Assembly (NCBI RefSeq): GCF_009914755.1
Contig: NC_060933.1
Direction: 5' to 3' (one strand)
Length of the DNA: 64,000 nucleotides
Source of the DNA: the human T2T-CHM13v2.0 reference genome, Homo sapiens
In this document: positions 1 to 12,479 of the stretch, one piece after another
Position numbering within the stretch: position 1 is the stretch's first letter
Layout of the letters: each line of letters starts with the position of its first letter
The notes under the pieces: model-generated
Databases searched by the model: none
Seen by the model: the letters and a program-made list of their open reading frames with translations, nothing else
What the model was told of the DNA's origin: nothing
Translations under genes and position numbers: made by a program

Positions 1-149
1 ACACACAAGCCACCATTTTACTAGGTTCCATGAGGAATAGGGTACCTAGATTGAGCTAATGAGGTTTGATCAACATTCACAGAAGCTAAAATACCTTGTG
101 GTAGGGCACTTGGTGTCAATTCAATGCACTGCTGATATTTCCACTTCTG

Positions 150-708
150 AATGGGTAGGAGGAATTGGTGTTTTGTCCTTGTACCTCCCTGTCCCATAAA
201 TGCCAAAGGGGATTTCCTCATTTGAAAATAATTTGTACAGACAGAACTGTTAATAGAACATGAATAACTAAAATCCTTGTTGTTTGCCATGAGGGAGTGT
301 GTTAGGACTTAACACGAGTGCTTCTGCCTGTTGACATGCAAAGTGTTTACTATAGGAATACTATTCACTGGGTTAGCAATTAAGAAGTTTCAGTCTCAGT
401 GGAACTGGCTGCAGTGTTAACATAGCTGCACTAGAAAGAATGGTTGATAAACCCCAGCCAAATTCAGATGACTACTAACCAAGTAAAATTTCTTGGCATT
501 ATATGGGCAGATTCATAATACCCAATCTTTTCAGTAGTCAACAAAAGTATTGCAGTGTTTTTGCCTCCACCACCAAAAAGGAGACCCAGAATCTTATTGG
601 GCTCTGTGTATTGAAGACAGTGTGTGCCTCATTTGAGCATTTTATTTAATCATTTATATTAGCTAAATTACTTATCAGAATTCTTTGAGTGAAGTCCAAA
701 CCAACAGG
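150..708 (+). pseudogene. Decayed ERVL-class (class III ERV) pol, reverse transcriptase region, left part
   Basis: Hand translation of the + strand gives EWLINPSQIQMTTNQVKFLGIIW (~418-486), TTKKETQNLIGL (~568-603), RQCVPHLSILFNHLY and FE*SPNQQ. These match recalled ERVL Pol segments [51 protein letters not shown] and FEWGPEQ. Many stops and frameshifts. Left boundary approximate. Confidence 0.75.
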
Positions 709-1758
709 TGTTGTGGGAAGTCAGGGACCCCGAATGGAGGAAACGGCCAGAACTGCAGCAGAAGAACATAAATTGTGAAGATTTCATGGACATTTATCAG
801 TTCCCCAAATTAATACTTTTATAATTTCTTACACCTGTCTTTACTGCAGTCTCTGAACATAAATTGTGAAGATTTCATGGACATTTATCACACCCTAATA
901 ATACTCTTATAATTTCTTATGCCTGTCTTTACTTTAATCTCTTAATCCCATTATCTTCATAAGCTGAGAATGTATGTCACCTCAGGACCACTGTTGTACA
1001 AATTGATTGTAAAACATGTGTGTTTGAACGGTATGAAATCAGTGCACCTTGAAAAAGAACAGAATAACAGTGATTTTCAGGGAACATGGGAATATAACCA
1101 TAAGGTATGACTTCCTGCGGGGTTGGGCAGAATACAGCCATATTTTTCTTCTTGCAGAGAGCCTATAAATGGACGTGCAAGTAAGAGAGATATCGCTGAA
1201 TTCCTTTCCCAGCAAGGAATACCCTGGGGAAGGAAGACATTCCTTGGGGGAGGTCTATAAAAGGCCGCTCTGGGAGTGTCTGTCTTATGCAGTTGAGATA
1301 AAGACTGAAATACGCCCTGGTCTCCTGTAGTACCCTCAGGCTTACTAGGATTGAGAAATTCCAGCCTGGTAAATTTTTGTCGGACCAGTTCTCTGCTCTC
1401 GAATCCTGTTTCCTGTTAAGATGTTTATCAAGACAATGCATGCACAGCGGGACATAGACCCTCATCAGCAATTTTAATTTTGCCCTTTGCCTTGTGATCT
1501 TTATTGCCCTTTGAAGCATATGGTTTTTGTGACCTATTCCCTGTTTGTACACCCCCTCCCCTTTTAAAATCCCTAATAAAAACTTGCTGGTTTTGCAGCT
1601 CAGAGGGACATCACAAACCTACCAATATGTGATGACACTCCTGGAGGCCCAGCTGTAAAATTCCTGTCTTTGTACTCTTTATTTCTCAGACTGGCTGACA
1701 CTTAGGGAAAATAGAAAGAACCTACATTGAAATAGTGGGGGTGCTGGTTCTCCTGATA
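709..1758 (+). mobile_element. MER11 solo LTR (HERV-K11/HML-8 family)
   Basis: Starts TGTTGTGGGAAGTCAGGGACCCCGAATGGAGG. Has the internal GAACATAAATTGTGAAGATTTCATGGACATTTATCA repeat and AATAAA at 1575-1580. Ends GGTTCTCCTGATA. Perfect 6-bp TSD AACAGG (703-708, 1759-1764), typical of betaretrovirus-like ERVs. Confidence 0.93.
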
Positions 1759-2400
1759 AACAGGCTATTTTAGAAGCTGCTAAACGAGCTGTGGTATACT
1801 TTCTAAGTTTGGGTCCCCTGATAGCAGTATCCCCTTAAAGCCCAAATCTCTGTAACTGATGATTTTGTGGGCTGTGCCCTTTAGCAAAGGAAGGAAACCT
1901 TCAACCAGTGGTATCCCTTATCTAAGGCAAGTGTAAGTGCTAATGCTTTATTAGTAGCTTCAATCTTAGGACAGTGAAAATGAAAGGCCTAGAAGACAGA
2001 ACATCACTAAATGGATTATTGCTTCAGCATAGACATAATCAATTATTTATCCACATAAGATATCACTATGCCTCATAGTAAACCATTAGGGAATGAATGG
2101 AAGGGCAAGTTTATTTGTATTTACCTCCCACATTCTCTTCTTCACTGGTTAAACTTTAAGCCTTTTAAATTCCAATTTACATCACCTCATTCTTTAAACT
2201 CTCCCTATGGGAGCCAGATACCATGACCTGTGACCTGGTGCATTACTGAAAGTGGGAGAAAGAGCCAGCCACCACTCTAGAGGTGAAAAAACATGAACAT
2301 GAGCATTAGCAAGAATCTGTCTCTTACGAGGTGGCTGATGAGGAACAAGGCAACCATGTGAGGCTGAGATGGAAGGCACTACATTAGTGGTGTCTGATAC
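1759..2400 (+). pseudogene. Continuation of decayed ERVL-class internal region
   Basis: After the TSD the reading resumes as QAILEAAKRAVV, the segment expected after FEWGPEQ. Right boundary uncertain. Confidence 0.5.
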
Positions 2401-4344
2401 ACAGGCCATTGCAATTCTTTTATTTCTTTATATGAGTCGTGAGCGTACATAAGGGGTAGTGCTATAAATGGATATTTAAAAATCAGCAGTTATTTGAAGT
2501 CTCTTTTATTACTTAAATTTCAGAACTGTATGTATTATTACCTTTTTCATTTACTGACGTCACTTAAAGTTTCTTGAAATAACATTTCCTACTATATTAG
2601 AGAAGTAGAATGAGGAAAAATCATCTTTCTTAAAAAAAGGCAATCTTGTATAAAATAATGTATTATATTTTGTTGGTCTAGGCACTATGAATTATATTAG
2701 ATCATATAATTTGACTGCTAGGGAGAATGTAAGACCAATGTTGAATAGCGGGAGGACATTTCTACAGTTTATTTTTTTTCTCCAGATATGACAAACTAAT
2801 TTGATACACTGGTCAGAATTATGTTTAGGTTGACTGGTAGTATTTTACATGCTCATTATCTTTACTTACAGGCTAACTGCTGTACACAGTTTTCCTAAGT
2901 GTTGTTACACTTTTAAAAGAAATTATTCAATGATTCATCTGATTTAATGTGACAATTTTCTTTACTAAGCCTTAGTTGATGTTGTGTATGTATTTATAAC
3001 TTTTAAAGTCACAGTTGGGAATATGTGTGCACAGAACAAAGCAAGTAATTTCTGTTTCCACTTCAAGAATTTGCATTGAGTGTACTTTGAATGACAGTAA
3101 GCATTAGGAATATATTTGTTTATCTGCTTGGGGAAGAGAAATAAGTAAGTCAAGCATTTACAATGTCAAACTCTTTCTTTGCAAGACAATATTCAACATT
3201 CTAATAATACTCTGAATGTTCATAATATAATGATTGAATTTGTGAAAAATGCTTAGTTTAAAAATTGATAATAAAAGTAAATGCAGAGTAATATCTTATT
3301 TTTAATTATCACTTTTATATCAAAATATTTAAAGAAAATTCTAACTTAAATTTTATTTATTTTCACCACTGCCATACTTTCTGTTTTCTCTTCTGAGCAA
3401 CCAAAAAGAATTAACTTAATCATCTTGTCAAGTTTGTGCATTCCATGCTGTCAGTGATAATTTTTTCCTTGAACCATTATTAGTAATTTCAAGTAAAGTA
3501 CTGTACTCTGAAAAAGCATCAATTCATGAGCAGCAAATTATACAAGGAGATTGCCTCTTAGTTACCCCATGTTGAATCAGCAGATTCGTTTGGTAACAAG
3601 ATGGAGTCAAAATAGCAGCATTTTTCTTCACTTCATTCCTAACTGAAAAAAAATTGGCTTTTGGGCCAACTCAAATATTCGTCAGTCACTATTTCCATGG
3701 CAATTTATACAAGTAAAGACACAGTTTCTTTCTCCTCTTCACCTCCAAGTTTCTTTCTCCTTTTCTCCTCCCTCTCTTCTACAAAAACTGCCCAGGTACT
3801 TGTCTTTTGGTCTGCATGTCAACCAAGTCTTGGTACAAGTGGTTTATTAAATTCTAAAACTTTATTACACTTGGTAAGGAATTCACAGTTCATTTTCAAG
3901 GAGACAGATGAGAGAGGCTGCTTTCTTCTTGGTGAATGTACCAACTTAGACAATACTTACTGTAACAAGCTACACTCTTAACTCACACCTGTTCTTCCTC
4001 TAGCTCCTACATACACACTAACCCTCATACTTTCTGAAAATTCCCTATACCCATTTTCTTACTTATAAAGTCAGAGATAATTTTTAATAAACAGAGATAT
4101 TTACATCTATACTCTATAGACAGATATATACTTGATATCACTGAAATAACATTTATAGTTTTCAACATTTCTTTGATTTGAGAATTCTCATTAGGTTCAG
4201 TCATCCCACTAATATTTTTTTTCAGTTCTTACACAAATCTTGCTAGAAATGAATTTGTATGCTTTTCTTTTTACCACATTACAATAATTTTCTTCTCACT
4301 GTTTATAACTTGCAGACAATTATCTACACATGCAACTCAAGCAT

Positions 4345-4496
4345 ATCATGCAATACAACTTTACGCAATGGCAAAAATGTACAGTATGGTACCCACTAGC
4401 CCCAAGGAACTATTGAAAACTTGAAATGGGCTAATTTTAAGCAATTTATTTGTAACTATGAATAGCTACATATGCCTACTATACTGAGCAGCACAG
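4345..4496. mobile_element. MER3/MER33-like hAT-Charlie MITE remnant
   Basis: AGTATGGTACCCACTAGCC...CTATTGAAAACTTGAAATGGGCTA...AATAGCTACATATG...ATACTGAGCAGCACAG resembles the MER3 consensus. Confidence 0.55.
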
Positions 4497-5748
4497 TTTT
4501 AGAAAGCAAACTCTATTCTCAAAAGCACCGCTTAAAAATACAGCCCTTACATCAAACAAAGTGCAGTTTAGTCCACAGTTTAACTCAGTTATCTATAATA
4601 TCCATATTTCATTTCTTGCTATGTAGGAATCTTAGATGAATTACTGTTTTCAAAGTCTTCACATATTAGCATATTTTACCATAAACAAGTGAAAACATTG
4701 TATTCATTTTTCTAAGTAAAATTTCTTCAAATAAAAATTCTAACATTTTAAGAGAAAAATCAGGGAGACATTTGAAAACATCTATTCTAATTTTGTATAC
4801 TTCAATGATTCCACCGTCTCTTTTGTCTTCTTTTTAAAAAATAAATGAGAACTATATTAGCTCACATGACTATAGAGCAACAATGTGATTTATTTATCGA
4901 GGCATAAGGCCTTTTACTTAGTACTCTTTAGGCTAAACATATTCAGTGCTAAACAGTAACTGTAAGGGGAAGGTTCTTTGGAATAAACGTGTAAAAATAA
5001 ATCAAAACAAAATAAGTTTAATTTTTTTTATTTTTTTCTCACCAACAAAGCAAAGGAAAAGTGTATGGCTTGTTTTAGAAAGGAGTTAACAAATATTTTA
5101 AGAATGTTTCACATTATATTGCTAACATCATCTTGAATAGCAAAGATCATTTGTAATCAATGTTTTCATTTAAGACCTTTCTAAGTACCATACCTGAACT
5201 GTCTTTTTAGAACTGAGCTTGGGGTATTACTTGCAAATATAACAACCATGTTGGAAAAGTCTATGAAATCATAATGAGCATGAACTCTAAGTGAATTAAT
5301 AGACTCTTAGTTTATTTATAATTTCACAAGGAAAAAATATTTTATACTGCAGTATATAGATCTTTTAAAATAACTTTTAATGTTTTAGATTGTAGAAAAA
5401 AATGACAGTAATAATAAAAAACTGTATTCTCACAATCAATGAGTAATAGGCATAAAATCTTGACACTTCTGTTTTAGAGATTTAAATGACAAAATATATA
5501 TTACAGAAAAAGTTGAAGTTTCTTTTGTTTTCTACACTATATTTTCAATCTTCTTCGCAGTTTTATAACACATACAATTCACTGACTCCTCATATCCCAG
5601 ACACATGTAGCTGCAATAATTCTGTTATTTAGTCAGGGTTCATTTGGAAAGAACAGAATCTGCTCTGGCTTAGATATACCAATGAGTTTTATTAGAGAGT
5701 TTCAAATTGCTTAAAGATTCATTGAATGGGATGCAGAAATAGATGCTT

Positions 5749-7914
5749 ATTGAATGCTTATTGAATGGGCAAACACTGGAACCATTCCCCCTGAGAACTG
5801 GAACAAGGTACAGATGCCCATTCTCACCACTCCCCCTGAGAACTGGAACAAGGTACAGATGCCCTTTCTCACCACTCCTTTTCACTGTATCACTGGAAGT
5901 CCTAGCCAAAGCGTTCAAGCAAGATAAATACATAAAAGGCATCCAAATAAGAAAATAAGTCTAATTATCTGTCTTCACTGACTATATGATTTTGTACCTA
6001 GAAAACCCTAAAGACTGCCAAAAGGCTACTAGAACTAATAGAGGATATTAGCAAGGTTTTAGGATACAAAACGAATGTAAAAAAAAATCAGTAACATTTC
6101 TCTATGTCAATAATGTCTTGGCTGAGACTCAAATAAGGAACACAGTCCCACTTACAATAGCCACAAATAAAATAAAATGGGGAATAGAGTTAATCAAGAA
6201 GGCGAAAGAGCTCTGCAAGGAGAACTACAAAACACTGCTGAAAGAAATCAGATATGACACAAACAAATGGAAAAACACCCCATGCTCATGGATGGGAAGA
6301 ATCGATAATGTTAAAGTGGCCATACTGCCCAAAGCAATTTACAGATTCAATGTTATTTCTCTCAAACTACCAATGTCATTCTTCACATAATTAGAATAAG
6401 CTATTCTAAAATCAAATGGAACCAAGAAAGAGCCCAAGTAGAAAAAGCAATCCTAAGCCAAAAGAGCAAAGCCAGAGGCATCACTCTACCTGACTTCAAG
6501 CTATACTATAAGGCTATAATAACCAAAAGAGCATGGTACTGGTACAGAAACAGACATACAGACAAGTGGAAGAGAATAGAAATTTCAGAAATAAAGCTTC
6601 ACATTTATAACCATCTGATCTTCAACAAGGCTGACAAAAACAAGCAATGGGGGAAAGGACTTCCTATTCTACATGGTGCTGGGTTAATGGGGTAGCTATA
6701 TGCAAAAAAATGAAACTGGACCCTTACGTTTCACTATTCAGAAAAATTGATTCAGGATGGATTAAAGATTTAAACATAAGACCTCAAAGTATAAAAACTC
6801 TAGAAGCAAACCTAGGAAATACCCTTCCTGGCATCAGCTTTGGCAAATAATTTTTGTCTAAGTCCCCAAAAGCAATTGCGACAAAAACACAAATTGAAAA
6901 GTGGGACCTAATTCAATTAAATAGCTTCTTCAGAACAAAATAAATTATCAATAAACAGACCATCTACAGAATGAGAGAAAATATTTACAAACTATGCATC
7001 TGACAAAGGTCTAATATCTGGAATCTACAAGGAACTTACACATACAAAGAAAAACCTCATTAAAAACCCATGTGGCAAAGGACATGAACAGATGTCTCTT
7101 AAAAGAAGACATTCAACAAACAATGGCCAAGAAACAATGAACATATATACAACAAACAAAGGCCAACAAACAATGAAAAATGCTCATCATTACTAATCAT
7201 CAGAGAATTGCAAATCAAAACCACCATGAAATACCATCTCACACCAGTCAGAATGACTATTATTAAAAAGTTAAAGAGCAACAGATGCTGGTGAGACTGT
7301 GGAGAAAAGGAAACACTTATAGACTGTTGGTGGGAATGTAAATTAGTTCAGCCACTGTGGAAAGCACTTTGGTGACTTCTCAAAGAATTTCAAACAGAGC
7401 TACCATTCGACCCAGCAATCCCATTATGGGCTATATCCAAAGGAAAAAAAAATAGATCATTATACTAAAAAAAACAAATGTACTTGTAAGTTCATTGCTA
7501 CGCTATTCACAACAGTAATGACAAGGAATCGACTTAGGTGCCCATCAGTGATGGATTGGATAAAGAAAATGTGGTATGTATACAACATGGAATACTATGC
7601 ACCCATAAAAAATGAAATCATGTCCTTTACATCAATATGGAGGTAGCTGAAGGCTATGATAATAATTAACACAGGAACAGAACATCAAATACCACATATT
7701 CTCACTTATAAGTGGGACCTAAACATGGAGCACCCAGGGTCATCAACATGGGAACAACAGACACTGTAAATTACCAGATGAGGGAGGTAGGGAGGGGGGA
7801 ATGGATCAAAATCTATGCATTGGGTACTATGTTCACTACCTGAGTGCAGCATACCTATGTATCAAACCTGAGCATGTGCCTTCTATATTAGAATAAAAAT
7901 TGAAAAAAATAAAA
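5749..7914 (+). mobile_element. 5'-truncated L1 (older L1PA, roughly L1PA13-17): ORF2 RT/C-terminus plus 3'UTR
   Basis: ORFs 5743, 6118 and 6647 are L1 ORF2 pieces ([26 protein letters not shown]). 3'UTR and A tail present. TSD CAGAAATAGAT(G/A)CTT at 5734-5748 and 7915-7929. Confidence 0.93.
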
Positions 7915-8469
7915 CAGAAATAGATACTTGCCTTAGTCCCCAAACAAGCTTCTCCAAAATTTGGTCTTACAATTAGGTTATACTATAAAATTAGGTCACT
8001 GAAGGAGATACTGATTCTTCCTTCCATAATCAGGAAGGATTAAAAACAAAATGAAACAACCCCCCCCCAACCCGTGAAAAAACAAAACAAACCCAAAGCA
8101 AAACTATGGCTACATTTGAGAACATCAGAGGCCATGCCCCTCTTCTGCCATACTGTCCTTCTTATTTCACTTTGTTCAGAATACAGTTCTAACCCAAGAG
8201 ATTAAAGGAAGCTAAATTATCATCAGGATTCTAGGAGTAAGACAGTATAGAAAATAAAGTGTTCTGTTTCCCAACAGTGACAGGAGAGTAAGGAAGAGTA
8301 GCATAGTCATGGAGTGAGGTACTCAACAGCATCATCACAAAATACACACTGGCTCTACTCAAAATCTATTAAGAGTCTTCCTCCTATTCTTGACTTCTGA
8401 GAACGATATCCACAAAAATAATATATGTATTCTTATATTTTTGTTTTAGCTGATTTTTTCTTATGTGTT

Positions 8470-8680
8470 TACTGATTTATAAATTATTAAATGTGCTAAG
8501 TACATTATTTTATTTAATTTTCATATCAACCAGGAAGTAGGTATGATTATTATTCTGTTTGATAGAAAATATCTTAGATGTTTAGAGAGGTTAAATAAGA
8601 TTTCAAAGATTACCAAACTAGTAAGTGATGTCTGGTGGTGTCTAATTCCAAAACTTCCTAGCCAATATGTATACTGCATT
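8470..8680 (-). mobile_element. MIR SINE
   Basis: GTAGGTATGATTATTATTC...TTAGAGAGGTTAAATAAG...AAACTAGTAAGTG matches the reverse MIR core. Confidence 0.6.
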
Positions 8681-9584
8681 AAATAGTTCATGATGCATAT
8701 TTTCATATACAACTGTGTTAAAATTAAAGACCTATAATAAACATCATTATACATTATTATAAAATACTATATTTAAGTTTTTGAATAAGAAAATAAGCAA
8801 TAATAAAATAATATAAAATAACCAGAAAATAAAAAGAAATCCTTGTCTACAAACGAAACAACTATAGTATATAAAAACAAATTTATATTATAGCAATTAT
8901 ATGTTAGAAACAGAAATAGAAAGTACCTTGTTAAATTAGAAAAAAAAGAGTACATGGTACATAAAAAATTTACAGGAAAGAAAAGTAATTGTATGATTCA
9001 AACTGTAAGGTCTTATTGAAAGGCCTCAAGGGAGATTTTAGGAGGAAATATTCTTAGAATACCAGACTTACCATCATAAACAGTTACTGTAATTAGTGCA
9101 ACTCTAATCAGAATCTATAGTAGTTAAAAAGCAATAGCTGAAAGTAAGAATGTTAACTTTCTAAAGAAAAAACAAAAGCAGCCAGTTAAATAAAAGCCAA
9201 ATGCATTTAAAATTTTAAGAAGGGATATATCTCATGAGCGTATAAAAAATAGCTATAAACATTCTCTATTCAAATACTATGATATTGACACAAAAAATTG
9301 ATTATTATAATAAAAAATGCAAGAATGTTTCTAACTATGTATAGGAAGCTGTTCCATGACAAATATGTCATTTTATTTTAATTACAAGAGACTAAAACTT
9401 CCACTGTCCTTATTTACATTTGTATCTATATACAGCTGGGATAAAATAAAGGTGGTATACTACATCATACTATATAAAAATAATGTAGAGAAATAATAGA
9501 ATATGGGACTATAAAAATAACACAGTAAGCAAAATAAAATCTGGAAATTATTAATAAAAATTTGGTTTAGTTGACTATAAAAAT

Positions 9585-10030
9585 GCAAACAGCTTTGTTA
9601 AAGTATAATTGACATGCAACAAATTGTACATATTAAATGTATAAAATTTGGTAAGTTTTGACATATGTATGCATCTGTTGAAATTATCACCACAATCAAG
9701 GTCATACTCATCCATTATCCTGAACAATTTTCTTATACGCCTTTGTAATTCCATTCTCTTGCCCTTCTGCTTCCCAGGTAATTACTAACTCCTTTCTGTC
9801 ATCAAATATTAGTTTATGTCTCCCAGACTGGCACATAAATTGAACTATACGCATGCATTTTTTTTTTTTTGCCTGTCTTTCTGCACTCAGGATAGTTATT
9901 TTGAGATTAATCTATATTGCTGCCTATATCAATAATTCATTCCTCTTCATTATTGAGTCTCATTGTATGGATATATCACAAGTTGTTTATTCACTCACTT
10001 GTTGATAAACATAGGGTTGTTTCCAATCTT
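9585..10030 (-). mobile_element. Old L1M (L1MB-ME type) 3' end
   Basis: AACAGCTTTGTTAAAGTATAATTGACATGC...GTTTTGACATATGTAT...CATTGTATGGATATATCACAAGTTGTTTATTCACTCAC is a typical reverse L1M 3' end. Confidence 0.7.
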
Positions 10031-10379
10031 AATCATTTTAAATTTTTCTTGTCATGGAATATCCTGGCAAGTAAAGAAACTGAACTGTAAATGTCTCTAC
10101 AGCATAGAGCTTCAAGTCTCACTTGCAAATTTGGCTGCCTAGTGGAAAAAATCTATAGATTAATCAGGAATTCAAAATGAATTTATAGACAAGTTTTAAC
10201 TTAATTTTACAAGGAAACATTTATTTTTACCAAATATAAGTTCGTGTTGTAATATATATATTTTAAAAATTGTTTTACATGTTTTACAGTGTACAAAAAT
10301 ATAAAAAACACCTATATTTCCACAACCAATAATTAACAAACATAGTTTTTGTGTGTGTTTCAGATACTTTATTAACAAA

Positions 10380-11890
10380 ACAAAAGAAATATAGGTAGCA
10401 TTTTTATATGCCAACACTGAACAACCTGGAAAAGAAATTTTAAAAGTAATTCCATTTACAATAACTACAAATGAAATAAAGTGCCTAGGGATAAACCTAA
10501 CCAAAGAAATGAAAAATCTCTACCTTGAAAACTGTAAAACAATGATAAAAATATTGAAGAGGACACACAAAAAGGAAAGTCTTCATAGACTGGAATAATC
10601 AATATTGTTAAAATGTCTGTTCTTCCCAGAACAATCTTCAGATTAAATACAAACTCTATCAAAATACCAATGACATTCTTCACAGAAATGGATGAAACAA
10701 TCCTAAAATTCACATAGAACTGCAAAAGATCCAGAAGAGACAAAGAAATACGAGTCAAAAGAACAAAGCTGTAGGCATTACATCTGACTTCGAATTGTAC
10801 TACAAAGTTACAGTCACCAAAACAGCATGATATTGGTATAAAGCAGACACATAATCTAATGGAATGGAATAGAGAACCCAGAAATAAATCCAGCTTTTAC
10901 TCTGAATTCATTTTGGACAAAGATGCCTAAAACTTACATTGGGAAGAGGACAGTCTCTTCAATAAATGGTGCTGGGAAAACTGAATATCTATATGCAGAA
11001 GAACAAAACTAGACCCTTATTTCTCATTATATATAAAAATCAAATGAAAAAGAATTAAAGACTTAAAGCTAAGACCTGAAACTATAAAGCCATTAGAAGA
11101 AAGCATGGGGGAAACATTCCAGGATATTGGTCTAAGCAAAAATTTATGAAGACCTCAAAGCACAAGTGACCAAAGCAAAAATAAACAAATGGAATCAACT
11201 CAAGTTTAAAAGCTTCTGCACAACAAAGAAAATAATAAACAAAGTGAGGAAATAACCCACAGAATGAGAGAAAATATTTTCAAACTACTCAGCTGATGAG
11301 GGATTAATCACCAAAATATATAAGGAACTCAAACAACTGAATAGAAAAAAAAATCTGATTTAAAAATGGGTGAAGGATCTGAGTAGACATTATTCAAAAG
11401 AAGACATACAAGTGGCCTACAGGTATATGAAAAATGCTCAACATCACCAATCATCAGATAAATGAAAATTAAAACTGGAATAAGATATCATCTCACCCCA
11501 GTTAAAATGGCTTTTATCCAAAAGATAGGCAATAACAAACGCTGCTGAGAATGTGGAGAAAGGGGAACCGTCATATACTGTTGGTGGGAATGTAAATTAG
11601 TAGAGCCACTGTAGAGAACAATATGGAGGTTCCTCGAAAAACTAAAAATAGAACTACCATATGATACAACCATCCCAATGGTAGGTCTATATCCAAAAGA
11701 ATGGAAAATAATTAAAGAGTGGAATTGGAATGTTCCTAACACAAAGAAAGGATAAATGCTTGAGGTAATGACTACCCTGATTACCCTGATTTGTTCAATT
11801 CACATTGTATTCTCGTATGAAAATATCACATGTACCCCATAAATATGTACAAATGTTATGTACAACTATTAATAATTAGAAATTTAAAAA
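10380..11890 (+). mobile_element. L1MA (L1MA3/4-like) ORF2 3' part and 3' end, with an internal deletion
   Basis: ORF2 landmarks (AATAAATGGTGCTGGGAAAACTG, TTAAAAGCTTCTGCAC) and the L1MA 3' end GGAATGTTCCTAACACAAAGAA...TACCCCATAAATATGTAC. Confidence 0.88.
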
Positions 11891-12479
11891 GATTAAAAAT
11901 AGACTTAAATGTATCTAAATATATATATATTTTTAAATACCAAAATCAAGGCAAAAGGCAAAAAATAGGTTGGAAGCTATATTAATAAGACATGTGATAA
12001 GAAAAATATTGAGATACATAATTGACAGATTACTACAAAGACAGGAAAAATAATTTTTTGAGTATTTCAGACTTTCAGTTTTGTCACATTAAGTCTGCAT
12101 TACTTTTCTACATTAAACAATTCCAAAATTTTCTTTTCATCTTTCACTTCCACTTCATTTTTCTCTTTCTCTTCCCTTTTCCCTTTCTTTTTCTTTCCCT
12201 TAAATTCTCTTTAAGAACAATCCAATTCTAAAGCTATGATCTGCAGCAGAGCAGAAGTTGTTGCTGAATGCCTTCTATTCCTGTCTCCTCCTGCAGCAAT
12301 GACTTAAACTGGAGTATAAAAGCCTAAGCTAGGTGAGCAGGTAATCAAGGGGAAAGCCCGGGAAGAGGGTTCAAATCCCAAATAAATGAAAAAAAAAACA
12401 TGGACAAAACTGAGAAATTCCAAGTATGTGCAAAGTTTTTTGATGAATGGGATTTTTTCATAATTTAAAAGTATACCTT

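Noticed and set aside
21-290. Minus-strand ORF containing LPQG, reminiscent of an RT motif
   Set aside because: The convincing Pol homology is on the + strand. The spacing does not fit and no YxDD follows, so it is likely chance.
762-935. Tandem ~93-bp repeat as a novel feature
   Set aside because: Intrinsic to MER11; also present in the second copy at ~17700-17870.
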